Assembly (NCBI RefSeq): GCF_963921235.1 | Contig: NC_086097.1 | Coordinates: 60,948,001-61,012,000, forward strand | Length of the DNA: 64,000 nucleotides | Origin: Mobula hypostoma | Lineage: Eukaryota | Reading direction: 5' to 3' | In this document: in pieces, positions 1 through 14,204 of the stretch | Layout: each line of letters begins with the position of its first letter | Position numbering within the stretch: position 1 is the stretch's first letter | Translations under genes and position numbers: made by a program | The notes under the pieces: generated by a model | Databases searched by the model: none | Told to the model about the DNA's origin: nothing | What the model saw: the letters and a program-made list of their open reading frames with translations, nothing else

Positions 1-59
1 ATTGAATCTGTCTCATTACCCATTACCAACCAAGATATTCTGTTCCCTCGTTGGCTCCA

Positions 60-510
60 TAGCATACAGATCTAGGAAACTATTTCAAGAGCCCTGCTTC
101 TACCTTAATTAGCCAATCTACCTGAAAATTACATTCTTTCATAATCATTACACACCCCTGATATTTGCAGATTAATACTCTTTCCTATTGTGTGGCTACT
201 GTTTCTGGATCTATACACAGCTGCAACCAGATCTTCATGATCTCAGTTTTTATCCTCCACTCATATGGACTCAATCTTCATTCACTATTTTCCTTAGTTT
301 GTCATGTATTGACAGCTATCCCTCTACCTTTTCCTTCCTGAAAATCAGGTAGTCCTGAAACTGAAATAATCCTGAATGTTATGTTCTTATCTTTGATTCC
401 CCTGTAACCATGTAACAGCCATCAGATCTTATGTAATAATCTCTATTAATGCATTATTTCATGTTTTATTATGTATATTTTGTGAAATAAGAAACAACAC
501 AATTAGGTTT
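60..510 (-). mobile_element. Old, degenerate CR1-type LINE fragment (endonuclease region)
   Basis: The reverse complement loosely resembles the CR1 ORF2 start seen elsewhere in the window (e.g. aggaaaaggtagagggatagc vs 9997-10030); no ORF. Confidence 0.35.
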
Positions 511-3269
511 ACCTTGTTCCCATTTTTAATCATCCTAGCTTTAATTTTGCTCTACGTCCTATTTGAATCTCATCCTCAATTTTGCATTCCACTGTTATTT
601 CTTTTTAAAAAAAATAACATAAAGGTAAACAATCAGCAATATTATTAAACGGGTCTACATTTGTTTCTTTTTATCAAGGATCACTAATTTTTATCATCTC
701 CTTGAGATTAAGAGGTAGAATATGCAAAACAAAAACAAAGTGAACAGACAAGATAATATGATCTTAACACAAAAGCTGCAGATGACAAAATGTACCGATT
801 ATTTTAATTCTATTTGCACCATTGTTAGATCTGTAATGATGCAGTGTCCTATATTCCCAATTTATTTTGCAGCCTGGGCAGAGTGAGCCAGACACCTCCC
901 TGTGCCATACATCAATACACTTCCATGAACAAAGTCTTTAGTTAGGTTGTCATCACATAACAAAATATTATATTAAAAGCACCTCAAAATTTGATGTGTT
1001 ATCTGTAGAAACAATAAATATTTTAGCAAATTACATTTATAGCAAACATATTGCAGCAATAACCTTAACACTTGAAGAATTTCTGCCCTAGAGTTTTGCA
1101 TTATGTATAATCTGTGAAGGATGTGGACGGCAAATTCTGGACATTAAAGGGAGAATGCTCATTCATATTCTGAAGCACACTTTGTCATCAACACCAAGGG
1201 CATTCACTGTACTGGAGCATCAGATTTCCATTGCACTGAAGTACTTTTTTAATCACACTGAATGTCAGGAAACAGATTTGATTAGAGTTTCTAAGCCAAA
1301 GTGGAAAAGTCACATCTGACTTCAAAGTTACATTATCATATGGCCATTGATGTTGAAATAAATTGTGAAGTTCTTCTGTTCCTCCTGTAATGATTAGGGT
1401 GTTACAGCTTGTAATCAGGTGTAAATTAATGAATTGAGGCCAAAATGCTTTAAAATGTATAACTTTTGACATTCATTTAAAGCATATAGAAATGTGAAGT
1501 ACAGTTTCTTGTGTATGTATTACCATTTAATGATATTTTGCTTCTGCCACCCAAATTAAAACTTCTTCACAATTTTTTTCCTATCTTCAATCATGAGAAT
1601 CATCAATCCTATCAAATGAAAAGTGTTGGCAATAGACAAGAAGGTAAAAAGTCAAAAGCTTTTATGAGAACAATAGCTAGATAGAGATATAAATTAGTGT
1701 CATCAGCAAAAACATGTTTTATTCAGCACCTTTTGTCAATAGATTTTAACAGTTCCATTAGAATTCGAAGAATATCTGAAGTGGGAAAGATGAAGCCTTG
1801 GAACAGAAAGTCTAGTTGAGCTCACACTTAGAATAAGATGTCAAAGTTCAACACTCACAGCAGATATAATTGGCTGGAGGATCATTAAGGAACTATTCTC
1901 TACTGGTGATCATTAGAGAAATTACAATGCATTTTGATGTATAGAAATTGGCCTAAATCACTCACCTACAAAGAAAGAAGTGGAGTTAAATTTCAGGTCA
2001 AAGATTCTTGATTGGAACTGTGAAACTGAAAAAAAATCAACTTAGCTTTAAGTTGCAGAGAGAATGGTGTGTTGGATAGGATCAAATGACTGCTATGCAG
2101 GAAGCTTTTATATTCTGCCCATAACTGTCTGAATTTCCTGCAGTTGCTTTGGTTTTCTCCCACATTCCAGAAACATATCTGGGTTCGGGTTAGTAAGTTG
2201 TGGGTAGCAAACTTGGCGCCAGAATTGTGACGACATTTGCAGGCTGCCTCCAGCACAGTCTCAGACTATGTTGGTAGCTAATGCAAAACAACACATCTCG
2301 CTATATGTTTCGATGTCCATGTGACAAATGAAACTAATCTTTACCTTTTGCCAAGTATGCCAAGGTGATTCTACTGTTAATGGTATCATTTGGTTGAATG
2401 ATAATGAGGGCAGGTAGAGAGGAAAAATAACAAACTAAAGGACATGTGAAGTACGGGCATGAAGTTGCTGAAACCAAAGAGATAATACTACAAATGTCCA
2501 ATGGACCAGACAGGGTCCGTGAAGAATCAAAGCTGTGTTAATATCACACAACCTTACAACATTAAGGATGTGCCCCAAAGGCTACAACATTCTCCAATGA
2601 AAGAAAAAGTTCTGTTCCTCGTTTAAGTTACATATTAGCACTCTGCAGGGGGCAACAGACAGATAGTCTGAAATGAGAAAACAATAGAGAATTAAAATGT
2701 CAATGGAAAGGTAGAGCTCTCCCTGCATATCAAATGGAAGTATTCTGCAAAGTGTTCATTCGAACTGGTGACCAGTGTGGTAAACTGGGTTGCCAGTTAA
2801 GTACCTTACCCCGAAAGGTATTGAACTTCTGGGTTACTGGAGCTGCACTTACTGAGGCAAATGGAAATTATTTCATCACTCTCCTAATCAAGGTATTTCG
2901 GTTGAAAGGACTTTGGAATGTCAGGGGGTGACTCATTCATTATAATGTATTTAGCCTCTGACCTGATTTTGTGGTAAAAAGTATTTTCATGACTGGGTTT
3001 ATTAAATCTCTCAATAAAAACACTCAGGATGTTGAAGTTGATGCCATTAATTGTCAGAGTAGTTTACTAGAATTTCTCAAGTGTAAACTTGAAAGACTGA
3101 AATGAATGTAAGACTGTGCTGGACCAATAGAACCTTCAGAAATCCATAAACACTGGCCAGTCCACGATATGTTCAGCACATCCTTCCATCCAGTCCAACT
3201 GCATGATGCATTGTTTCAGGAAACCTAGGAGATCCTGGACAAACCATTCTCTCCTATTCTCTGGGAGAA

Positions 3270-3545
3270 GCTATAGGGAATGGAACTGGAGCTGGTTAAG
3301 AGGGGAGCCAGAGTGGGGAATGGACAAAGAGATTACTAGAAGTTAGACTAATTGACGTTCATACTGCCTGGAGGCTAAACAGATAGAATATGATGTGTTG
3401 CTCCTCTAATTTGAGGGTGGCCATTGATTGTCAAGAGTAGTTTGCTAGACTTTCTCTTAAGTGTAAACACAATTGTAGAGGAGGCCAAGGGCCATCATGA
3501 CAGATTGGGAATAGGAAGTAGAATTAAAATGGGTGTCCACCATTC
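3270..3545 (-). mobile_element. Degenerate Penelope-like 3' ORF fragment
   Basis: Aligns by eye to 17010-17180 (gaagttagactaattgacgttcatac...gaatatgatgtgttgctcctctaatttgagggtggc...gtagaggaggcc). Confidence 0.55.
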
Positions 3546-4299
3546 CTTTAGTGGCAGGCTTAAGTAAAGCACTTTTCTCCAGTACTGTAAGCTTCTGAAC
3601 TAATCAATTCTCACATGCCCCCTGCGCAGTAGTGCTGCCATATTCTCAGACCCTTTCTATCTCTATCTCTATCTCTATTTCTATTCTGTTATCCAGGTAT
3701 ATTCAACTATTATTCTATATTGTTCCATTATTCTATAATTTTTAATTCTATCTCTCTCAGGTGTTCTGGTACTATAATTTTAGCATCAATGCACTCATGA
3801 CTACAGTTTGCACTACAATCTTTGCCTTGATCAATTGTTTGGTACTCGTCATTACATCTGTGGTATTTATTCTTTTTCTTCTTAATATTATTATTATCAG
3901 TGTGCTCTTTACTCTGCAAGCTTTGTGAGAGCAAGAAATTTCACTGCACTCAAGTATATGACAATAAACTAATCTAATCTGATCATACTCTTGATTTGTG
4001 CCTTTCAGATGGTGAAAAACCTTGTGGCTTCACACACTGCAGGACATCCATCTTTTGACCTGGTATGGTAATGACAGTGGCTGGTTCTGATGAGTTTCTG
4101 ATATAGAGATTAATAATGCAGTACCTCACATCACAAATAGAGATAAAATACTGTACTAATATTCTTAACACAGGAAAGTAAGCTCTAAACGTATGAAGCC
4201 CTCACACTAGTCTGGTAGATGCCAGAATTTGGAGCAACAACAGTTTATGACAACTACAGGACTATAACAATTGCAGGCCTGGAACAAACAATCTATGTT

Positions 4300-5032
4300 G
4301 TTCAAAGTCCAAATAAGTATGTTATTAAAGTACCTATAAGTTACCATATACTACCTTGAGATTCTTTTTTTTAAGGGATTGACAGTAGAAGAGAGGAATA
4401 CAAAGAAAAATGACGCCCAAAGATTGACAAACACCAATATGCAAAATAAGACAAACTGTGCATATACAGGCAGACTGAAAAATAATAATTAGAACATGAG
4501 TTCTATAGTTCTTGAAAGTGAGTCCATAGGTTGTGGAATCAGTACTGAGTTGAGATGAGTGAAGTTATCCATGCTGGTTCAGGAGCTTAATGGTTGAACT
4601 GCTCCTGGACCTGGTGGCATGGGGCCCAAGGCTACAATACCTCCTTCTCATTGGCAGGAATGAGAAGAGAGCATGATCTGTATTGTGTATTTAACATTTC
4701 AGTAATATTTGAGTCATACTGTAAATATATTGTTTAATTAAACATTCTTAGTTTGTTTAAATAAGTCATCATGGCTTATATGTAAAAGTACCTGAATTTC
4801 ATGACAAAACTTAACAGGGTTCCTGATGCTAGATGCCTCTTTCCTTTGGCAATGCTCCTGTAGATACACTCAATGTGGGGTCAGCTTTTAATGTGATGAA
4901 CTGCACTGTGTCCCCTAGTAGGCTTTTCTATCCCTGGGCATTGGCATTTCCATACCAGTCCTTGGTGCAACCAGTTAGGATACTCTCCACTTTGCATCTA
5001 AAGAAATTTGTCAAAGGTTTAGATGACAAAGT
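4300..5032 (-). mobile_element. Rex1/Babar-like LINE 3' fragment
   Basis: Similar to the fragments at 23885-25270 and, on the opposite strand, 61670-62720. Confidence 0.5.
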
Positions 5033-6904
5033 TCTACAGGACTAGGCAGGGTTTTGACCATAAATTTTGAAAATTTCTTGACCCCTTCACAGTTTCTGCT
5101 TGAATCATTGAGTTCCTCCAACAAATTGTTTGGTGCAGTAAAAACATTTTTTTACTCTAATTAGTAGCTTTTGAAGCATAATTTTTAATATAAATAAATT
5201 AACAAATGAGGGATTTTAAATTGCATTTATTACACTGGGCTGCATTGTACTAAAGGCAGTGTGCTATCCAAAGCTGGCATCAGGTCATTCGACCACATCT
5301 AAAAGGCACAAATCACGACTGTAATGGAATATTCTACAATGAACACCTCAAGCAGCAGGCAGACCTCAGCTAGAACAGTGCAGGCTTCCTCTCCAGACAG
5401 ACTTTAACAGGAAGCACAGCAGGGGGTTGTGGAGCTTTTCCAGGTACTATTTGGCTTTTGTTTGATTTCAAATGCCTCCACTAGACAGAGGCTCATAAAG
5501 CTATTAAAAACATGGTAATTAAAATACATAAACAATACAAAAATAGCTAACAAAAATTAATAACATTAAACTGATGTCAGTCAACTGACAAGAGCATCCA
5601 AATATCACTAATTCCCCAGGCTGAGAATGCTTACGTGAATGAATGGGGACTCAGCTCCTGTGCCAGGACTGGCAAGACTGCAGCATAATACTTGATGGGG
5701 CCTCTGCTGTGGGACTTCTTCTTAAACCAGCAGCTAGTGTCAGCAGGACCCAGTCCAATGCTTCGGTCTCCCATGAGTGTGCCACTTTTGTTGGGATTAC
5801 TAAATAGCATCAGTGATTGGTTGTTTATAATGTGATGAAACGCTACTGCAGATCTCCCAGTACCTCTCTGTATCCCCTGATGGCTTCACTGACAGCTGAG
5901 CTGAGACCAGAAAACCAGTTATTTGTACATAATTGGAAGCTGCTGGCCACAGAGCTCTCCTTCTACAAAGAATCATCAACTCTTCCCTCGTAGGCCTGAC
6001 CCACATTATTATCACACCTATCTGTAAATCAGAATCACCACGCTAAGATGTCAGTCAACAGGATTGCTTGGAATGCAGTAGAATAACTCAGTGTATTGAT
6101 CTGTGCCAGTTACATTCTTTGGCTGTTCACTCTGCATTAGAACCAAGGGAACAGCCAAGGGCTTTGAAAACTGTACAGGTTGTTACCATTTCCCAAGCTG
6201 TGAAGGTCTGTCAGATTGCAATGCAAATTATTATCAGTTAGTGGAAACTAGTAACTGATCTCACCCCTGTCAGCTGATAGGACTGGAATAAGGTATCCAT
6301 TTTCTTTTACGGCAAGTTTCTGCAGCCACAAGATGGACAAAGTAGATGCCAGGAGCACTGCTGTGTGCACATATGTTTTCAGTAAACTTCAAACTCATCA
6401 TTGCTCTTTGCAAATGTTTTTCAAATCCTTACAGCATGACAATATCAGAAATTAGTATGTGGTTGTACAAACTTCCTGCAGACACAGCCCTGTTATCCGT
6501 GAAGCTTCCCCTTGTTTTGCGATTTTCTTACAGAATTCCATGAGGATAAACCCTCATTTATGGAATCCTGCATTTAGAAAAATATATTATATTTCGATAT
6601 TGTTCAAAATAGTTTACTATTCAGTCTTAGACAATTGTTTTATGGTGTTTATAATAGATTATAGAGTAAACTATCTTGAATTCAATATCCTATAATGTTG
6701 AATCAACTTGTTTTGAAAGACAGACTCAACTAGGCAGCTAACTCACAAGCTGACAGTCAGTTCAAATCAGTCATATTCCTCTCCCACCCATTTCACCTTG
6801 TTCTCAACATTTCTGAGAAGTGCTTTCTCAATTTCACCAATTATCTGTCAAAATGTGAGTTGGATTTCAGATCCTTGTTCATGCAGGGCAGTGGAATTGA
6901 GTCA

Positions 6905-7165
6905 CAACACGGTAGAGTAGCAATTAGTGTGACACTATTACAGCTTGGGCTATTGGGGTGCGGAATTTAGTCCTGGTGTCCTCTGTGGAGTCTGTACATC
7001 CTCCCTGTGGAAGGTGCAGATTTTTTCCATCAGTCCAAATACGTACCATTTATGTTAATCAGTCACTGTAAATTGTCCCATAATCGGATTAGGGTTAAAT
7101 CGAGGTTGTCCGGGGTTTCTGGGTGGTGAAGGGACTATCCACGCTGTACCTTGAAACTAAAAAAA
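6905..7165 (+). mobile_element. Degenerate tRNA-derived SINE
   Basis: Decayed tRNA-like head, SINE-type body (ctgtggagtctgtacatcctccctgtgg) and A-rich tail. Confidence 0.45.
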
Positions 7166-8626
7166 AAGTAAATAACATAATATAAAATACATCATGCTCA
7201 GTACCTTGTTTCTCTTGAAATTAGTGTTTTCTGGTGTACAAAGTAATTACCGACTGCAGCATTGATGTCCATCAGTTTATCCTCCAAAAATTTGCAGATT
7301 TGGCCAAGGCCACTTTTGTTAAAATATCAGTATGTTTTCTTTTCTGGAGTTATGCAGCAAAACAGGGCCCACATCGAATTAAATGCATACCATCCATTTT
7401 AGTGGACTGGCACACACTTAGCTGTGCAGAAATCATGGTTGATTGGAGTACCGTGCAGATGCAACGGAAGTTTTCCCGGTGCAGGTCTGGCAAAGAGTTT
7501 TAAAATGCAGGAACTTTTTTGACCGAAATCCTTGATTGGAGTACTGCGCAGAACCAATAGAAGCGTTTCCGTGTAGGTCTGATGGAGTGCTTTAAAAGCC
7601 CAGTCTATAAAGGCGAGGTATCGCCTAGTGGAGCAGTTATTGTTGGAGTGGTCATCGTAGGAGTAGTCTGAGGCAGAGCAGAAAGGCTTTGCCTCAACAA
7701 GTCTTCGGCGAGAACAGGCAGAGGCAAGGTAAGTAGGTAAGTTCATTCCTTATTTCTTATTTAAATCTTGAGAGAATAGGGGTAGGTCTCCAGAGCTAGT
7801 ATTCTCTTCTGGGTGTCAGATATGGGATTTCTCGGAGACTTCCAGCTTCCCTGATGGCCACATCTGAACCAGGTGCATTAAGATGCAGTTCCTTAGAAAC
7901 CGTGTTAGGGAACTGGAGCTGCAGCTCAATGACTATCAGAAGAGGGAAAGGAGAACATCAGATAGCGGACAGCACTGCTGCAACCATCCTCCTCAACAAT
8001 AAGTATTCCATTTTGACTACTGTTGAGGGGGAGGGGAACATCCTACCTGGGGAAGCAACAGTGGAACAGCGGCCACGCCTCTGGCACTGAGTCTGGCCCT
8101 GTGGCTCAGAAGGGCAGGGAACTGAAGAGGATGGCTGCAGTAATAGGGGACTCTTTAGTCAGGGGGACAGATAGATGATTCTGCAGACGCGAAAAAGAAA
8201 CATGGATTCTAGCAAAAATGCCAGGGTCCGAGATGTTTCTGAATATGTCCATAATAGCCTGAAAAGGGAGGGTGAGCAGCCAGAAGTCGTGGTATATATT
8301 GGTAACAATGACATAGGTAGAAAAAGAGCGGAGGTCCTGAAAAAAGAATACAGGGAATTAGGAAGAAAGATGAGAAGCAGGACTTCAAGGGTAGTAATCT
8401 CAGGATTGCTGCCTGTTCAACACTAGAGTGAGGATAGAAATAGAATGAGGTGGCAGATAAATGTGTGGCTGAAGAATTGAAGCAAGGGGCAGGGTTTCAG
8501 ATTTCTGGATAACTGTGTTCTGTTCTGGGACAGGTGGGACCGTACAAAAGGGATGGGTTGTATTTGAATTTGAGGGGACCAATAGTCTTGTGGGCAGATT
8601 TACTAGAGCTGTTGGGAGTGGTTTAA

Positions 8627-9044
8627 CCCACGCAAACTGTTCATATTCTATACCTTCACAGTATGGTCCGGGTCAATTTTGACCCGGCCCAAGAATCCCC
8701 TCATAACAAGTGTTTCTACCAAATCTTGAACCACAGATCTATTTAGAATGCATAAATAGCCTCTCTGACATTAATAAATGGGTGATTAATCCTTAATTAA
8801 TGTTTCAGAGATCTAAAATCCATTTCAATAGATACGGGTCAAGTTTGACCCAAAACAGCCTCAATGTACAAAAATTTGTCGCACCTGCACAAAAGTATAA
8901 GATTTTAAAATATTTTCATTTTTGTGAATTTTGGGTCACTTTAGGAAAAGTCATCAAATTTCGGCTAAAAAATGGCATTTAGGGTGTTTTTACTGCTGTC
9001 AAATGTCAAAACGGGTCAAATTTGACCTGAACAGTATGCAAGGG
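8627..9044. mobile_element. piggyBac-type MITE, copy 1
   Basis: TTAA on both sides (8623-8626, 9045-9048), CCC...GGG ends, imperfect 17-bp TIR; second copy at 40826-41235. Confidence 0.85.
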
Positions 9045-9053
9045 TTAAACTAA

Positions 9054-9644
9054 TGTAATGCGCTATAAGGTTTCACTGCTAATGTAATGGCCTCTCTGTA
9101 ATGTTTCACTGCTAAGGTAATGGTTTCTCTGCAGCAGCAATGTTTGGGTTATGACTAGAGATAACGGAAGCTTTGGAATGTGCGCTATCCAATGAGAGGG
9201 ATCTTGTTCTTTCTTGTGGGGTTGGGAGCAGGCATTTCACAGTCTTTTGCAGGGGAAAGATGAAGAGAGAAGATGTGAATGGAGAGAGTTGGTAGACAGC
9301 CAGACAAAGTGGATTTGGAGCGAGGGTCCGAAGGTCGGCTATGCATGGAGGAGGTCGATGGGGAATAAATGGACGGAACCATGAACTCCAACGTTGCGCA
9401 TTAGACTGTTTCATGAATGGGAATGTGCCCTTTTCTTTGCTTCTTGACTAACAATATAGTCAAATTAAGAATTATAAAGCTCAATCATTTAATCGCATAT
9501 TGTGTACAGTTTGTTATTTCGTGGTACTGATTTGTAACAGGGGAACACATCACGCAGCATCCACCCAAACAAGATTTCCTAAGTTTGTCCGGGCTGGAGG
9601 CTGTCTTCCCCCAGATTAAACCACTAGCCGAACCGAGGGTTACA
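9054..9644 (+). mobile_element. Solo LTR (Gypsy-like)
   Basis: TGTAA...TTACA termini, 4-bp TSD ctaa (9050-9053, 9645-9648); related to the reverse complement of 12181-13241. Strand is relative only. Confidence 0.8.
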
Positions 9645-12180
9645 CTAATATGGCGGGGGGATAGGAACCAGAATGATAGAGCTGAGGATGAACTAGCAGG
9701 CTTACAAGTAGATGATCAATGTAACGTGAACGTAAGGAGGGAAAGCCAATGATTGGGTACAAGTGCAGACAAAGCAAAGAGTTAAATTGTACCACAGAGG
9801 CAAAATTCAAAATGGTGAAGAATGCAGGACTGAAGGTGCTGTAATTAAATGCACATGGCTTTCAGAATAAGGCGGATGAACTTGTGGCACAGTTAGAGAC
9901 TTGTTGGTATGAACTTCGTGGGAATCACTAACTTGTGGCTGAAAGAAGGCCGCAGTTAGGAACTTAACATCAAAGGATATACCTTGTATCAAAAGGACAG
10001 GCAGGAATGCAAAGGTGGTGGTGTGACTCTGTCGATAAGAGATGGAATTACATTCTTTCGAAAAAGGAGACATAGGGTCAGAGAATGTTGAATCTTTGTG
10101 GGTGGAGTTAAGAAGCTGCAAGGATAAAGAAAACCATTATTGGAATCATATATAGGCTTCAAATAATAGCCAAGATGTGGGGTTGAGATTGCAAAAAGAG
10201 TTTCAAATGCAAGTAATAAGGGTAATGACACAATTGTAATGGAGGAATTCAATATGCAAGAGGATTGGAAAAATCAAGTTGGTGTTGGATCGCAAAAGAG
10301 GGAATTTGTTGAATGCCCATGAGATGGCTTTTTAGAGCAGCTTGTGCTTGAGCCTACTTGGGAAACACTACCTTAGATTGGATGTTGTGAAATAACCCAG
10401 ATTTTCATAGGGAGCTTAAGGTAAAGGAAGCCTGAGGAGCAGTAATCATAATATGATTGAATTGATGCTGCAATTTGAGAGGGAGAAGCATAAGTCAGAT
10501 GTGTCAGTGTTGTAATGGAATAAGGGGAATTACAGGAGCAAGAGAGAGGAGCTTGCCCAAGTGGATTGAAGAAGCAGACTGGTGGGGATGACAGTACAGC
10601 AGAGATGGTGGAAGTTTCTGGGAATAGTTCACAAGGCACGGGATATGTCCCACAGAGGAAGAAATTCTCATATGGCAAGGGTAGGCCACTGTGACTGACA
10701 ACGGAAGTTAAGGACTGCATAAAAGCCAAGGAGAAAGCATATAAGGTAGCAAAAGTGAGTGCGAGGTTAGATGATTCCGAAGCTTTTAAAATCCAACAAA
10801 AGAGAACTAGAAAAAGCTATTAGGGAAAAGATGACATATGAGGGTAAACTAGTCAATAATATAAAGCAGGATACCAAAAGGCTTTTCAGTTATATAAAGA
10901 GTAGAAGTGTTGAGATTGGACCACTAGAAAATATTGTTAATGAGATAGTTATGGGTGACAATGAAATGGAAGATGAACTTAATGGATACTTTGTATCTGC
11001 CTTCACTGTGGAAGATACTAACAGTGTGCCAGAGGTCCGCGAGTGTCAGGGAGCAGGACTGAGGGCCATTGCTATTACAAATGAAAACGTGCCAAGTAAA
11101 CGGAAAGGTCTTAAGGTGGCTAAGTCACCTGGACCAGATGGACTATATCCCAGAGTCCAGAGAGAGGTTACTGAAGAAACAACAGATGCATTGGTCATGA
11201 TCTTTCAAGAATCACATGATTCTGGCATAGCCCTGGTGGACTGGAAGATTGTAAATATCAATCCACTCTTTAAGAAGGGAGGAAGGCAAAAAAAAGGCAA
11301 TTGTAGGCCAGTTAGCCTAACCTCGGTGATCTGGAAAGTGCTGGAATCTATTATTAAGGATGAGGTTTCGGAGTACTTGGAGAAACTAATGATAAAATAA
11401 GTCAAAGTCAGCATGGTTTCCATGAAGGGAAATCTTGCTTGACAAATCTGTTTGAGTTCTTTGAGGAAGAAACGAGCAGGGTGGACAAAGGAGAGGCAGT
11501 GGATGTCACTTACTTGGATTTTCAGAAGGCATTTGATAAGGTGCCACACATGAGGCTACTTAACAAGATAAAATCCTATGGGATTACAGGAAAGATACTG
11601 GCATGGATAGAGGAATGGCTGACAGACAGGAGGCATCCGGTGGGAATAAAAGAGGCTTTTTTTCTAGTTGGTTGCCAGTGATTAGTGGTGTTCCTCAGGG
11701 GTCAGTATTGGGACCGCTACTTTTCACATTGTTTGTCAATGATTTGCATAATAGAATCGATGGCTTTGTGGCAAAGATTGTGAATAATATGAAGATAGGT
11801 GGAGGGGTGCATAGTGCTGAGGAAGCAATGTGATTGCAACAGGACTTAGACAAATTGAAAGAATGGGCAAAAAAGTGAAAGAAGGAACCCAGTGTTGGGA
11901 AATGTATGGTTTTAGATTTTGGTAAGAAGAACAAAATGCAGACTATTATCTAAATGGAGTGAAATTTCAAACATCAGAGATCCAAAGGGACTTAGGAATC
12001 TTCATGCAAGACTCCCAGAAGGTTAATTTACAGGTTGAGTCTGTGGTAAATAAGGCAACTGCAATGTTGGCATTCATTTTACAAAGATGTTGCCCGGATT
12101 GGGGAGCATGCCTTATGAGAATAGGTTGAGTGAACTCGGCCTTTTCTCCTTGTAATGACGGAGGATGAGAGGTGTACAAG

Positions 12181-13241
12181 CGTAAAGGCTGATTTATATT
12201 TGTGTGTCAAATGGACACCGTAGCCTACGCAAGTGGCCTATGTGTGTTGTGAGCATTTACACTTGTGTGTTGGTGTGTCTGCATCGCTCTGCAATTTGAA
12301 CACTTCGTGCATGCGTACACACCTGCCCGTGCAAGGCTTCATGGTCATGGTAGTCTTTCTTGGGGTAAAGAAGTTTAAAGCGAGTGTCTTTTTTCGTAAA
12401 AGCGAACTGTGTCCTCCATAATTTCGGAGGTCTGTAAAGCTTTATGAAAACCATTGCAGCCAGAGTTCCTTCCCTTCCCTTCAGTCACCCAATGGGAAGC
12501 TATTGCAGTGTAGGAGGAAATGCAATGCTACCATGCGGAACAATCACAGTTGTTGCGGTTTGTGTTGCCATGACGTGTAGTTACATTTTGGGAGAGGTGC
12601 GCGTCAGGCTACAGCGTAGGGCTCCGCGTAGGGTTTGCAGCGACGCTGTACCTATGGCGTCGATTTGACGCGGAAGTATAAATCAGCCTTAACCCTCAGG
12701 CTCAGCCAGCATGTGTTCGCCTAGGGGAAAACAACTTCTGGCCCCGCCAAACTGAGAAATCTCCTTTGTGTGGATGCTGCATTATGTATTACCTGGTTAC
12801 AAATCCGCACCGCAAAATATCAGACAGTACACCATATGCAATTAAATGATTGAACTTTATAAATCTTAATATAGGTAGGTTAGTAAAGAAAATAGAAAGT
12901 AAAAGTGCCCATTTTAAGGAAAAAGTCAATTGTGCATCGTTGGAGCTCACTGTTCGTTCATTTGTTCCTGTCAACCTCCAATCGTAGCCGGCCCTCAGAT
13001 CCTCATTCCTCAGGCCACTCTGTCCAGTGGTCTTCTGACTCTCTCTATTTGCATCCTCTCTCTCCATCACTCCCCGACGAAAGACCACGAAAATCTCTCT
13101 TCCAGACTCACAAGAACAACATTTCTCCCATTGGATAACATACATTCCAAATCCCTGTTATTGCTAGTCATAACCCAGACATTGCTGCTACAGAGAAACC
13201 ATTACTTTAGCCTTAGCAGTGAAACATTACAGTGTGTTACA
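12181..13241 (-). mobile_element. Solo LTR (Gypsy-like) carrying a MITE in its terminus
   Basis: cgtaa[MITE]ccctc...gttaca termini, TSD caag (12177-12180, 13242-13245); homologous to 9054-9644 in the opposite orientation. Confidence 0.8.
12186..12689. mobile_element. PIF/Harbinger-type MITE
   Basis: TIR aggctgatttata / tataaatcagcct, extending imperfectly to ~27 bp; 3-bp TAA TSD (12183-12185, 12690-12692). Confidence 0.8.
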
Positions 13242-14204
13242 CAAGATAATGAGAGGCATTGATCATGTGGATAGGCAGAGGCTTTTTCCCCAGGGTTGAA
13301 ATGGCTAGCACGAGAGGGCATAGTTTTAAGATGCTTGGAAGTAGGTAGAGAGGAGATGGCAGGGGTAAGTTTCTTTATAAAACACAGAAATTGGTGAGTG
13401 CGTAAAATTGGCTGCCAGCAGCAGTGGTGGAGGAGGAAACGATAAGGTCTTTTAAGAGACTCCTGGATAAGAGTCCCAAAAATCCTTCAATCAGCATCTA
13501 TTTGGCTTCTTGGTGATTTTAATTTGCCTAGTGTGGTTTGGGACAGCAGTATTGTCCACCAAGGGGGCAGCTGTGTAGCATTAGGGTAAACTAATGCTTG
13601 ATATTGTAGCTGGTTTTAATTTGTCACAAATTGTTAGACATCCAACTAGAGAAAGTAACATACTGGACTTATGTTTTGTGTCAAATCCAGCTTTAGTTGT
13701 GAATCATCATGTCATTGCAGGGATTAGCAATCATGATGTTGTTGTTGTGAATGCAAAGCTTACTGTGAAATTAACTAAAACCCCCCAAAAGGAAAATAGT
13801 TCTGTATCAGAAAGCAGATTTTAGTGGAATTGCAAAACTTGTTAGTGATTTTGACCAGTCGCTAATCAAGGAATATTGAGCATCGGTCAGTATTAATACT
13901 CTTTTGTCTAACCTCCAAGAGCTCCTTCAAGCAGCAATTGACAAATATGTCCCCTCTAAAATGAACTCTTCCAGGTTCAACTTACCATGGGTAAACCAGT
14001 CCATCTGGTGTGCGATACGTAGCAAGCAAAGACTCTATAATAAAGCTAGGAAATCCGGTCATAGTGAAGACTGACAAAAGTTTAAATCCTTGCACCGACT
14101 TATCGATAGAAACATCAGGAAAGCTTACCATCAGTATGTTAATGAGGTAATAGGTGTGAGCTTAAAGAACAACAACACCAAACCCTTCTTGAGCTTTATT
14201 AAAT

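Noticed and set aside
7206..7345. Candidate minus-strand exon with aag/gtactg donor
   Set aside because: Stops in all three frames.
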